This document shows positions 1 through 9,300 of a DNA stretch of 64,000 nt, in pieces; within the stretch, counting starts at the first letter, position 1, and each line of letters begins with the position of its first letter. Source of the DNA: Corynebacterium sp. (GTDB lineage: Bacteria > Actinomycetota > Actinomycetes > Mycobacteriales > Mycobacteriaceae); NCBI RefSeq assembly GCF_052107835.1, contig NZ_JBQEDF010000012.1, forward strand, positions 161-64,160. The letters run 5' to 3'. Both the position numbers and the translations under genes were made by a program. The notes under the pieces were generated by a model, which searched no databases, was not told the DNA's origin, and saw only the letters and a list, made by a program, of their open reading frames with translations.

Positions 1-1
1 C

Positions 2-355
2 ACGGCAGAACTGTTCAACGAGGTCATCTTCGTTGACGTCACCGGCACCTCCAAGGGCAAGGGCTACGCCGGCGCGATGAAGCGTCACGGCTTCGCCGGC
101 CAGGGCGCCTCCCACGGTAACCAGGCCGCCCACCGCCGCGTCGGCGGCATCGGCGCCTGCGCCACCCCCGGCCGTGTCTTCAAGGGCACCCGGATGGCGG
201 GCCGCATGGGCAACGAGCGCGTCACCCTGCAGAACCTGAAGATCGCCAAGGTGGACACCGAGTCCAACCTGCTCCTGATCAAGGGTGCCATCCCCGGAGT
301 TAACGGCGGTATCGTCACCGTCAAGACCGCAGTGAAGGGCGGTGCACGAGCATGA
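2..355 (+). CDS. rplC: 50S ribosomal protein L3, C-terminal part (5' end lies outside the window)
   Basis: The frame is open from the window edge. The tail ...[26 protein letters not shown]...LIKGAIPG is the conserved L3 C-terminus. ATGA overlap with rplD at 352-355. Confidence 0.95.
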   Translation, partial: TAELFNEVIFVDVTGTSKGKGYAGAMKRHGFAGQGASHGNQAAHRRVGGIGACATPGRVFKGTRMAGRMGNERVTLQNLKIAKVDTESNLLLIKGAIPGVNGGIVTVKTAVKGGARA

Positions 356-1020
356 GCAATCTGACCCTCAACGTCCAGACCGCCGACGGTGCCACCAACG
401 GCTCGGTCGAGCTCCCCGCGTCCATCTTCGACGTGGAGCCCTCCGTTCCGCTGATGCACCAGGTCGTCGTAGCCCAGCTGGCCGCCAAGCGCCAGGGCAC
501 CCACGCCACCAAGACCCGTGGCGAGGTGTCCGGCGGTGGCCGCAAGCCGTTCCGCCAGAAGGGCACCGGCCGCGCCCGCCAGGGTTCGATCCGTGCGCCC
601 CACTACACCGGTGGTGGCACCGTCCACGGCCCGCAGCCGCGTGACTACGACCAGCGGACCCCCAAGAAGATGAAGGTCGCCGCACTGCGTGGCGCCCTGA
701 CCGACCGCGTCCGCAACGAGCGTCTCCACGTCGTGGAGGAGCTCGTCGCCGGACAGACCCCGTCGACGAAGGCCGCACGGACGTTCCTCGAGCGTCTGAC
801 CGACCGCAAGTCGGTCCTGGTCGTCCTCGGTCGCGAGGACGTCGCCGCGTGGAAGTCGGTCAACAACCTGCCGAACATCCACACCCTGGCCTTCGACCAG
901 CTCAACACCTACGACGTCCTGAACGCGGATGATCTCGTGTTCTCCGTCGAGGCGCTCAACGGCTTCATCGCCGCGGCTGACTCCAAGACCAGCGCAGCAG
1001 CGAAGGAGGAGGCCAAGTGA
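352..1020 (+). CDS. rplD: 50S ribosomal protein L4
   Basis: 222 aa with [29 protein letters not shown], the L4 core motif. Position between L3 and L23. GTGA overlap with the next gene. Confidence 0.97.
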   Translation: MSNLTLNVQTADGATNGSVELPASIFDVEPSVPLMHQVVVAQLAAKRQGTHATKTRGEVSGGGRKPFRQKGTGRARQGSIRAPHYTGGGTVHGPQPRDYDQRTPKKMKVAALRGALTDRVRNERLHVVEELVAGQTPSTKAARTFLERLTDRKSVLVVLGREDVAAWKSVNNLPNIHTLAFDQLNTYDVLNADDLVFSVEALNGFIAAADSKTSAAAKEEAK

Positions 1021-1322
1021 GCACCATCGCCGACCCCCGGGACATCATCGTCGCGCCCGTCGTCTCCGAGAAGTCCTACGGACTCATGGAGCAGAACGTG
1101 TACACGTTCCTGGTGAACCCGGACTCCAACAAGACCCAGATCAAGATTGCCGTCGAGCAGATCTTCGGTGTGAAGGTCGCCAGCGTCAACACCCTGAACC
1201 GTGAGGGCAAGCGCAAGCGCACCCGCACCGGGTACGGGCAGCGCAAGGCCACCAAGCGCGCCATGGTGACCCTGGTCGCCGGCAGCGATCCCATCGACAT
1301 CTTCGGTGGTGCGACCGCGTAG
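1017..1322 (+). CDS. rplW: 50S ribosomal protein L23
   Basis: 101 aa, ...[39 protein letters not shown]... Conserved S10-operon order. Confidence 0.96.
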   Translation: MSTIADPRDIIVAPVVSEKSYGLMEQNVYTFLVNPDSNKTQIKIAVEQIFGVKVASVNTLNREGKRKRTRTGYGQRKATKRAMVTLVAGSDPIDIFGGATA

Positions 1323-1360
1323 CGGCCGTGCACACCGACAGGTAAAGAGAGAGCAGAAGT

Positions 1361-2203
1361 ATGGCTATTCGCAAGTACAAGCCGACTACGCCGGGTCGCC
1401 GCCAGAGCTCCGTGTCCGAGTTCGACGAGATCACTCGTTCGACCCCGGAGAAGTCTCTGCTGCGCCCGCTGTCCAAGACCGGCGGCCGCAACGTCCACGG
1501 CCACATCACCACCCGTCACAAGGGTGGCGGCCACAAGCGGCGCTACCGTGTCATCGACTTCCGTCGCAATGACAAGGACGGCATCACCGCCAAGGTCGCG
1601 CACATCGAGTACGACCCCAACCGCACCGCGAACATCGCGCTGCTGAACTACGCCGACGGCGAGAAGCGGTACATCATCGCTCCCCGTGGTCTGACGCAGG
1701 GCACCGTGATCGAGTCCGGTTCGACGGCCGACATCAAGGCCGGCAACAACCTGCCCCTGCGCAACATCCCCACCGGTACGACCATCCACGCTGTGGAGCT
1801 CAAGCCCGGTGGCGGTGCCAAGATGGCCCGCTCCGCCGGTGCCTCGGTGCAGCTGCTGGGTAAGGAAGGCAAGTACGCCATCCTGCGTATGCCGTCCACC
1901 GAGATCCGTCGCGTCGACGTCCGTTGCCGCGCCACCATCGGCCAGGTCGGCAACGTCGACCAGATCAACATCCGGTGGGGCAAGGCCGGCCGCATGCGCT
2001 GGAAGGGCGTCCGCCCGACCGTCCGCGGTGTCGTCATGAACCCCGTCGACCACCCGCACGGTGGTGGCGAGGGCAAGACCTCCGGTGGTCGCCACCCGGT
2101 CTCCCCGTGGGGCCAGCCCGAGGGCCGTACCCGCAAGCCCAACCGTCCGAGCGACAAGCTGATCGTCCGCCGTCGCCGCAGCAACAAGAACAAGAAGCGC
2201 TAA
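1361..2203 (+). CDS. rplB: 50S ribosomal protein L2
   Basis: 280 aa with [17 protein letters not shown] and [15 protein letters not shown] motifs. Purine-rich SD (aaagagagag) lies upstream of the ATG. Confidence 0.98.
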   Translation: MAIRKYKPTTPGRRQSSVSEFDEITRSTPEKSLLRPLSKTGGRNVHGHITTRHKGGGHKRRYRVIDFRRNDKDGITAKVAHIEYDPNRTANIALLNYADGEKRYIIAPRGLTQGTVIESGSTADIKAGNNLPLRNIPTGTTIHAVELKPGGGAKMARSAGASVQLLGKEGKYAILRMPSTEIRRVDVRCRATIGQVGNVDQINIRWGKAGRMRWKGVRPTVRGVVMNPVDHPHGGGEGKTSGGRHPVSPWGQPEGRTRKPNRPSDKLIVRRRRSNKNKKR

Positions 2204-2218
2204 AGGAGGTAGTTGAGA

Positions 2219-2497
2219 ATGCCACGCAGCCTCAAGAAGGGCCCGTTCGTCGACGAACACCTCCTCGCGAAGGTGGACGTCCAGAACGACGCCGGTACCA
2301 AGAAGGTCATCAAGACCTGGTCACGTCGGTCGACCATCCTGCCCGACTTCATCGGCCACACTTTCGCCGTCCACGACGGCCGGAAGCACGTCCCGGTGTT
2401 CGTTGACGAGTCCATGGTCGGTCACAAGCTGGGCGAGTTCGCCCCGACGAAGACCTTCAAGGGACACGTCAAGAATGACCAGAAGGGTCGGCGATAG
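2219..2497 (+). CDS. rpsS: 30S ribosomal protein S19
   Basis: [16 protein letters not shown]... is the canonical S19 N-terminus. The ORF track starts at TTG 2213, but ATG 2219 sits 9 nt behind the SD AAGGAGG (2202-2209). Confidence 0.95.
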   Translation: MPRSLKKGPFVDEHLLAKVDVQNDAGTKKVIKTWSRRSTILPDFIGHTFAVHDGRKHVPVFVDESMVGHKLGEFAPTKTFKGHVKNDQKGRR

Positions 2498-2499
2498 AG

Positions 2500-2865
2500 A
2501 TGACTGACACCGCTGTCAACAACGCACGCGCAACCGCCAAGTTTGTCAGGGTCACCCCGATGAAGGCACGTCGCGTCATCGACACCATCCGCGGCAAGTC
2601 CGTGGACGATGCCCTGGCACTCCTGCGGTTCGCACCGCAGTCGGCTTCCGAGCCGATCGCCAAGGTCGTCGCCTCCGCAGCCGCGAATGCCGAGAACAAC
2701 TTCGGCCTGGACCCCGCCACGCTCGTCGTCTCCGAGGCTTTCGCCGACGAGGGACCGACGCTCAAGCGGTTCCAGCCCCGCGCGCAGGGTCGGGCCTTCC
2801 AGATCCGCAAGCGCACCAGCCACATCACCGTGGTTGTCGAGAGCCAGAAGGGAAGTGCTCAGTAG
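2500..2865 (+). CDS. rplV: 50S ribosomal protein L22
   Basis: 121 aa, ...[32 protein letters not shown]... Conserved operon position. Confidence 0.96.
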   Translation: MTDTAVNNARATAKFVRVTPMKARRVIDTIRGKSVDDALALLRFAPQSASEPIAKVVASAAANAENNFGLDPATLVVSEAFADEGPTLKRFQPRAQGRAFQIRKRTSHITVVVESQKGSAQ

Positions 2866-3617
2866 TGGGCCAGAAGATTCATCCCCACGGCCTCCGGCTG
2901 GGTATCACTTCCGAGTGGCGCTCCCGCTGGTACGCCGACAAGCAGTACGCTGACTACCTCGCCGAGGACATCAAGATCCGCGAGTTCCTGTCGAAGGGCC
3001 TCGACCGCGCCGGCATCGCCGACGTCGTCATCGAGCGCACCCGCGACCGGGTCCGCGTGGACATCCACACCGCCCGCCCGGGCATCGTCATCGGCCGCCG
3101 TGGCTCCGAGGCCGACCGCATCCGCGGTCAGCTGGAGAAGCTCACCGGCAAGCAGGTCCAGCTGAACATCCTCGAAGTCAAGAACATCGACTCCAACGCG
3201 AAGCTGGTGGCACAGTCCATCGCCGAGCAGCTCAGCAACCGCGTGGCCTTCCGCCGCGCGATGCGCAAGGCGATCCAGTCCGCCATGCGTCAGCCTGAGG
3301 TCAAGGGCATCAAGGTCGTGTGCTCCGGTCGTCTCGGCGGTGCCGAGATGGGCCGCACCGAGCGCTACCACGAAGGTCGCGTCCCGCTGCACACGCTGCG
3401 TGCCGAGATCGACTACGGCACCTTCGAGGCCCACACCACCTTCGGCCGCATCGGCGTGAAGGTCTGGATCTACAAGGGCGACGTCGTCGGCGGTCGCCGC
3501 GAGTCCCTGCTGAACGCGCGCGAGGAGCGGCCGGGCCGCGGTGGCGGTAACCGCCGCGAGCGTCCGCGTCGCGGTGGCGCACGCCGTCAGCGCGCAGAGC
3601 AGAAGCAGGAGGGTTAA
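2865..3617 (+). CDS. rpsC: 30S ribosomal protein S3
   Basis: 250 aa, [14 protein letters not shown]..., KH-domain region, basic Arg/Gly tail. The GTG start shares G2865 with the rplV TAG. Confidence 0.97.
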   Translation: MGQKIHPHGLRLGITSEWRSRWYADKQYADYLAEDIKIREFLSKGLDRAGIADVVIERTRDRVRVDIHTARPGIVIGRRGSEADRIRGQLEKLTGKQVQLNILEVKNIDSNAKLVAQSIAEQLSNRVAFRRAMRKAIQSAMRQPEVKGIKVVCSGRLGGAEMGRTERYHEGRVPLHTLRAEIDYGTFEAHTTFGRIGVKVWIYKGDVVGGRRESLLNAREERPGRGGGNRRERPRRGGARRQRAEQKQEG

Positions 3618-3620
3618 CCC

Positions 3621-4037
3621 ATGCTTATCCCCAAGCGCACGAAGTACCGCCGCCAGCACCGGCCGCACCGGTCCGGTGTGTCCAAGGGCGGTAACCGCGT
3701 GACGTTCGGCGACTACGGCCTTCAGGCCCTGGAGCCGACCTACATCACCAACCGTCAGATCGAGTCCGCCCGTATCGCCATCAACCGCCACGTCAAGCGT
3801 GGTGGCAAGGTGTGGATCAACATCTTCCCGGACCGCCCCCTGACCCAGAAGCCGCTCGGCGTGCGTATGGGTTCCGGTAAGGGCCCCGTGGAGAAGTGGG
3901 TGGCCAACGTCAAGCCCGGCCGCATCCTGTTCGAGATGAGCTACCCGAACGAGGAGACCGCCCTCGAGGCCCTCCGCCGTGCCGGCAACAAGCTGCCCTG
4001 CAAGGTGCGCATCGTGAAGAAGGAGGATCAGTTCTGA
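3621..4037 (+). CDS. rplP: 50S ribosomal protein L16
   Basis: 138 aa, [15 protein letters not shown]...[24 protein letters not shown]. Confidence 0.97.
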   Translation: MLIPKRTKYRRQHRPHRSGVSKGGNRVTFGDYGLQALEPTYITNRQIESARIAINRHVKRGGKVWINIFPDRPLTQKPLGVRMGSGKGPVEKWVANVKPGRILFEMSYPNEETALEALRRAGNKLPCKVRIVKKEDQF

Positions 4038-4270
4038 TGGCTACCGGAACCCCGGCTCACGAATTCCGCGAGCTCAACAACGAAGAACTGACCACCCGTC
4101 TCACGGAGGCGAAGGAAGAGCTGTTCAACCTGCGCTTCCAGTCCGCCACCGGTCAGCTGTCCAACAACCGTCGACTGGGCACCGTCAAGCGCGACATCGC
4201 CCGGATCTACACCGTCCTGCGCGAGCGCGAGCTCGGGCTGTCGACCATCCCCGGTGGTGACGACGCATAA
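4037..4270 (+). CDS. rpmC: 50S ribosomal protein L29
   Basis: ATG at 4037 overlaps the rplP TGA (TGATG). 77 aa, ...[30 protein letters not shown]... The ORF-track entry 3896..4270 is over-extended at the N-terminus. Confidence 0.93.
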   Translation: MATGTPAHEFRELNNEELTTRLTEAKEELFNLRFQSATGQLSNNRRLGTVKRDIARIYTVLRERELGLSTIPGGDDA

Positions 4271-4551
4271 TGAGCGAGGCAACTGTGAGCAACGAGAACA
4301 CCAAGGGCGCCCGCAAGGTCCGTTCCGGATACGTGGTGTCCGACAAGATGAGCAAGACCATCGTGGTTGAGCTCGAGGACCGTAAGAAGCACGCCCTCTA
4401 CGGCAAGATCATGCGCGCGAACTCCAAGGTGAAGGCGCACGACGAGGACGAGACCGCCGGCATCGGCGACCTGGTCCGTATCGAGGAGACCCGGCCGCTG
4501 TCCAAGGACAAGCACTTCCGGCTCGTCGAGATCATCGAGAAGGCCAAGTAG
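4270..4551 (+). CDS. rpsQ: 30S ribosomal protein S17
   Basis: 93 aa, ...[33 protein letters not shown]... Last gene of the S10 block. Confidence 0.96.
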   Translation: MSEATVSNENTKGARKVRSGYVVSDKMSKTIVVELEDRKKHALYGKIMRANSKVKAHDEDETAGIGDLVRIEETRPLSKDKHFRLVEIIEKAK

Positions 4552-4559
4552 TTCCGCTT

Positions 4560-4642
4560 CCGGGTACTCTTCGTACCCCGGCGGACTCCCTGTCCCGCTT
4601 GACGCGGCAGACCCCCGTCCCGGCTTTTGCCGGGGGCGGGGG
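4560..4642. terminator. Two GC-rich hairpins between convergent rpsQ and the aryl-AMP ligase gene (bidirectional terminator region)
   Basis: ccgggtac-tcttc-gtaccccgg (4560-4581) and cccccgtcccggc-tttt-gccgggggcggggg (4612-4642). Both sit in the 117-nt convergent gap. Confidence 0.6.
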
Positions 4643-4668
4643 TTCCGTGCGTTCAGGGGCCGGTGCGC

Positions 4669-6318
4669 TCACCTGGCCGACTGCTGGTCCCTCTTGCTGA
4701 TCTTGCCCACCCCGGTCAACGGGAACTCGTCGACGATGTCGATGGCATCCGGCACCGCGAAGCTCGCCAGGCCGTGGTCACGGGCGTACTTGCGCAGGGT
4801 GGTGTGGGTGAGACCGGCATCGGTGGATGACACGGAGCCCCGGGGGATGACGAACGCCCGGATCCTCTCGCCGAGCAGCTCGTCCTCCATCCCCACCACG
4901 GACACGTCGTGGACACCGGGGTGGGTCAGCAGGACATTCTCGACCGCCTCGGGGGCGATCTTCTCACCGCCGCGGTTGATCTGGTCCTTGGCCCGCCCCA
5001 CCACGGTCAGCGTCCCGCCGGTGAACACCACGATGTCGCCGGTGCGGTAGAAACCGTCGGAGGTGAAGGAACGTTCGTTCACCTCCGGCGCGCGGTGGTA
5101 CCGGCGGATCGTGTAGGGCCCGCGGGTCAGCAGGTGTCCCGGCTGCCCCTCCGGGACGTCACGGTCCGCGTCGTCGACGACGCGGATCTCGTCGTGGGGG
5201 CTCATCGGACGGCCCTGGGTGGAGACGATCTCCTCGATCGACGCGTCCAACGGCGTGTAGTTCACCAGCCCCTCGGCCATGCCGAAGACCTGCTGCAGGT
5301 TCCACCCCAGTTCGGGACGCACCCGTCTGGCCGCCGCCTCGGACAGTTTCGCCCCGCCCACCCACACGGTGCGCACTGCGGAGACGTCGTGGGCGTCGCG
5401 CTCCGGGGAGTTCAGCAGGCTGATCAGTGCCGGCGGTACCAGGGCGAGATGGGTCACCCGGTGACGTTCAATCAGGGGCAGGACCGTGGTGGGCATGGGG
5501 TCCGGGGCGAACACCATCGTGGCTCCGACCTGGACCGCGCCCAGTATCCCCGGCGAGCTCATCGTGAAGTTGTGGGACGCGGGCAGGGCGACGAGCAGGA
5601 CGTCGCCGTGTCCCAGGTCGCAGACGTCGATGGAGGCACGGACGGAGTAGAGGTAGTCGTCGTGGGTCTTCGGGATCTGCTTCGGTACCCCTGTCGTCCC
5701 ACCGGAGAGCTGGAGGAAGGCCAGTTCGTCCGCGCGAACCTCCGCGGGTTCGGGGGCGTCACCGGGCTCGGCGGAGCTCCAGGGATCAGCCGCCTGCTCG
5801 TCAACGAGGATCATCGAGACCGTCGGACCGTCCTCCAGCGGTGCGGTGAGATCCCTGTGGACCCGCTTCAGGTGCCGGTTCGGTCGTGCAGTGCTGAGGT
5901 AGAACGTGGCGGGGGCATGGGTCGCGAAGTGCCGGATCTCCTGGGAACCGTGCGCGGGCAGGGAGAACACCGGGATCGCACCCAGGCGCCAGACGGCGAA
6001 GACCGCCTCCAGGTAGGCCACGGCGTTGGGCATCTGGACGATCACGCCGTCCCCGCGTGAGATTCCCGCCCGCGACAGGACGGTGGATGCCCGGGTCACG
6101 CCCTCGTCCAGTTCCCCCCAGGTCACGGTCCGGGACGCGTCGGTGGCGGCGGTGTCGTCCGTCCACGTGTCCGCGGCCCGCCGGAACAGCTGCCAGTGGG
6201 TGTCGCCGTTCCATACACCGAGGTCGCGGTAGTGTTCCGCGGCCTCGGCGGGTACGCCGGTGGCGAGCACTCCGGTGCGGGGCTCCGGGCCGGTGGAGAT
6301 GTCGGGGAGGGTGGTCAT
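4669..6318 (-). CDS. Aryl-acid (2,3-dihydroxybenzoate/salicylate)-AMP ligase, DhbE/EntE/MbtA family
   Basis: FLQLSGGTTGVPKQIPKTHDDYLYS (A3), HNFTMSSPG, YRTGDIV, GGEKIAPEAVE and GKISKRD (A10) are typical of stand-alone aryl-adenylating enzymes. The start MTTLPD at 6318 forms an ATGA overlap with the NRPS stop; the ORF-track start 6456 is an over-extension. Confidence 0.88.
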   Translation of the reverse strand: MTTLPDISTGPEPRTGVLATGVPAEAAEHYRDLGVWNGDTHWQLFRRAADTWTDDTAATDASRTVTWGELDEGVTRASTVLSRAGISRGDGVIVQMPNAVAYLEAVFAVWRLGAIPVFSLPAHGSQEIRHFATHAPATFYLSTARPNRHLKRVHRDLTAPLEDGPTVSMILVDEQAADPWSSAEPGDAPEPAEVRADELAFLQLSGGTTGVPKQIPKTHDDYLYSVRASIDVCDLGHGDVLLVALPASHNFTMSSPGILGAVQVGATMVFAPDPMPTTVLPLIERHRVTHLALVPPALISLLNSPERDAHDVSAVRTVWVGGAKLSEAAARRVRPELGWNLQQVFGMAEGLVNYTPLDASIEEIVSTQGRPMSPHDEIRVVDDADRDVPEGQPGHLLTRGPYTIRRYHRAPEVNERSFTSDGFYRTGDIVVFTGGTLTVVGRAKDQINRGGEKIAPEAVENVLLTHPGVHDVSVVGMEDELLGERIRAFVIPRGSVSSTDAGLTHTTLRKYARDHGLASFAVPDAIDIVDEFPLTGVGKISKRDQQSAR

Positions 6319-9300
6319 GTCAGTGGCTCCAGATCTGCGGTGAGGGCGTCGGAGATGAACGGTGTGATCCGGTCCCATCCGTCCGGGGTGACCAGGCCGG
6401 AGTGGGTCGTGTCGAGGGTGAGGTGGGCCGGGGTGCGGCCGAGGGCCCCCGTCCAAGCGGGAACGGGGTCCCAGACGGCGGGCGCGGCAGTGCCGGATGC
6501 GGCGCGGGAGGCGGTGACGACCTGGACGTCGCCGGTGAATCCGGTGAGGTCCACCGGGGACGCGGACTGCAGCAGGGAGTCGCAGAATTCCAGGTTGGCC
6601 CTGAGGGTCTCCGTCCCCCCGTCGCCGTCTGACGTGCCGGGCATCCCGGCGATGTCGGCGAGCTGCGCGGGGGTGGCTCCGTCCGTGGACGCGGGGCGCG
6701 CCGGACCCGTCCCCGCCGGGTAGGCGTCGATGATGCCGAGGTAGGCGACCTGCTCCCCGCGCCGGAGGAGCTCGGCGGTCATGGCCTGGGCGACCGTGCC
6801 ACCGAAGGAGTACCCGAGGAGACGGTAAGGGCCGTGGCCACGCGCCTGCTGGATCACGTCGACGTAGGACGCCGCCAGCCCGGCCAGGGACGAGACGCCG
6901 GGGAGCGGGTCCGGCAGCTGGAGGCCGGTGACCGGGATGCCCGGACCGCCCTTCGCCGTGTCCAACCGGTCGGCGAGACCGCGGAAGGGCAGTGCCAGAC
7001 CACCGCCGGGGTGGATGCAGAACAACGGTGCCCCGGCCCCCGGGGCCAGCGGCAGGACCTGCCGGGTGCCACCGCCGCCGAGCCGGCCGGCGAGGGCGGC
7101 CGGGGATCCGGTCTCGACGATGTCCTGGATGGTGACCTTCTCCAGCCCCGCCCGCCGCAGCCGGCCGAGCAGGCGCATGGCCAGCAGGGAGTGCCCGCCG
7201 ATGTCGAAGAAGTTGTCGTGGGCACCGACCGTGTCGGTCCCCAGGAGGGTGGCCATGGCTTCGGCGATGGTGGCGGTGGCGTCCGCGTCACCGGCCGGTT
7301 CGGCACCGGGGACGGTGTCCCCGTCGGGCTCCGGGACAGCGTCCCCGCGGGTCGGCCCGTCGGTCGGCTCCCACGGTCCGGGCAGGCTGTTGAGCAGGGC
7401 GCCGGTGCTGATCCGCGTGTCGGCCACAACGGTCGACAGGACCTGCGCCAGGGTGCGGTGGGCGAGGTCCACGAACCGGGCGTCCACCAGGTCGGGGCGG
7501 TGGGCGAGGACGATCCGCAGCGTCGGACCCGGCGGAGCGACCACGGAGAGCGGGAAGTCGGTCATCCCGTCCGCGTGCACCCCGGCCACGGTGATGGTGT
7601 CAGGGCTGGTATCCGTCGCCGTCCCGTCCGGCTCCCCGGGGACACCCGGGAAGTTGTCGTGGACCACCAGGGAGTCGAAGAGCTGCCCGTGCCCGGCGAG
7701 CCGTTCGATGCGCACCAGCGGGGTGGACTCGTGGGCGGTCATCCCCGCCTGGGTCCGGCCCACGGTGCGCAGCAGTCCGGCGAGGGAGTCGGCGGGGTCG
7801 AGGGTCACCCGGGCAGGGAGGGTGTTGATGAACAGGCCCACGGTGTTGCTGATCCCCGGCAGTTCGGTGGGCCTGCCGGACACCGTGGTGCCGAACACCA
7901 CGTCCCGCGAGCCGGTGAGGGATGCCAGGGTGAGCGCCCACGCCGCCTGGAGCAGAGTGTTCGGGGTGACACCGGCGGCGGACGCCCGGTCCAGCAGGGC
8001 GGCCGGGGTGAGTGTGCCCGAGGTGACCTCGTGGAGAGTCTCGCCGGTGACGGTGCCCGCGCGGTCCCGGTCCGCGTCGGTCGGTGGGGCGATCCCCCGG
8101 ATGAGGGTGCCGCCGGTCAGACCGTTGAGCCGGGCGGACCAGGCGTCCTCGTCGGCGCGGGTGTCCCGGGACCCCAGCCAGTCGAGGTAGTCGGCGTAGG
8201 GTGCGGCCTCCGGAAGTGCCCGGCCGTGGTAGACGGCGAGCAGGTCGTGCACCATGACGGGGGTCGACCAGCCGTCCGTGACCAGGTGGTGGTTCCCCAG
8301 GGTCAGGCGTGCCGCCGACCCGGGCAGGAGGACGAGTTCCGCGGCGACGAGGGGCCCGTACCCCAGGTCGATGCGACGGCCGGCCATGGTGCGCAGCAGG
8401 TCGTCGGCGGCGGAGGTGGCCGCGTCGCCGGGGAGACCGCGCAGGTCCACGGTCCGCCACGGCAGGTCGACGTCCCGCGGGACGAGCTGGACGGGGGAGG
8501 GGAGTGTGGAGGTGTCGAAGCGGGCGCGCAGCAGGGGGTGGCGTTCGAGCACCTGCAGGAGGGCGGAGCGCAGGCGTCCGGGGTCGACGGTGCCGCGCAG
8601 GTCGATCCCGGCGGCCAGGACGTAGCCGTCGCCGCCACTCTCCGCGTGGAACAGCAGTCCCTCCTGCAGCGGCGACACCGGGAGGACGTCGGACAGGGGG
8701 CCGTGGACGCTCTCCCATGCGTTGATGGTTGCCTGGTCAACATCCGGGACGTGGGTGAGGTCGCTGGGGCTGGCGCCGCCGGGTGATGTCCGGGCCAGGA
8801 CGGCCAGTGCGGTGAAGGCGGGGGTGAAGGACTCGGCCGGGAAGTCCGGGGAGGTGCTGTGGAACCCGCCCGCGTCGGCATCGACGAGCAGGAGCGGGGT
8901 CGGCAGCGTCCCACCCCGCAGCGTCATGGCCGTCCGCCCGGTGGCCACGGTCACCGCGGGTGGTGTGACGGTGTCTCCGGCCGGGGAGCGCAGGTGTTCC
9001 TTGGCGTGGAGCAGGGACTGACGCGCCCGCTGTGCCGGGGTTCCCTGGCCAGCCGGGAGGGCGGGGATGATCCGCGATCCACCGGGGGCGTCCGACAGTG
9101 CCACCGGGCCGTCGACGTTCAGCAGTGCCGCGGCAGCGGCGATCTCCTCCGGTGTCACGGTGAAGAGTGTGGGGAGGTCGCCGAAGATGGCGTCCGCGTC
9201 CGGGATTCCCGCAACGTCCGGGGGTGTGACGGGCTCCCCGTGGAGGGCACGGGCCAGCCCGTCCAGGATGTCCCCGGCGGCCACCGGGTCGAGGACCGCG

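Noticed and set aside
6834-8786. 650-aa plus-strand ORF, and similar long ORFs at 10860-12896, 9067-10398, 1076-2260 (-), 85-882 (-), 20021-21439 (+), 38207-39802 (-), 51355-52452 (+) and 57793-59100 (+)
   Set aside because: These are shadow ORFs antisense to or out of frame with well-supported genes. Their translations are Arg/Gly/Pro/Asp-rich low-complexity strings with no motifs, as expected in high-GC DNA where stop codons are rare.
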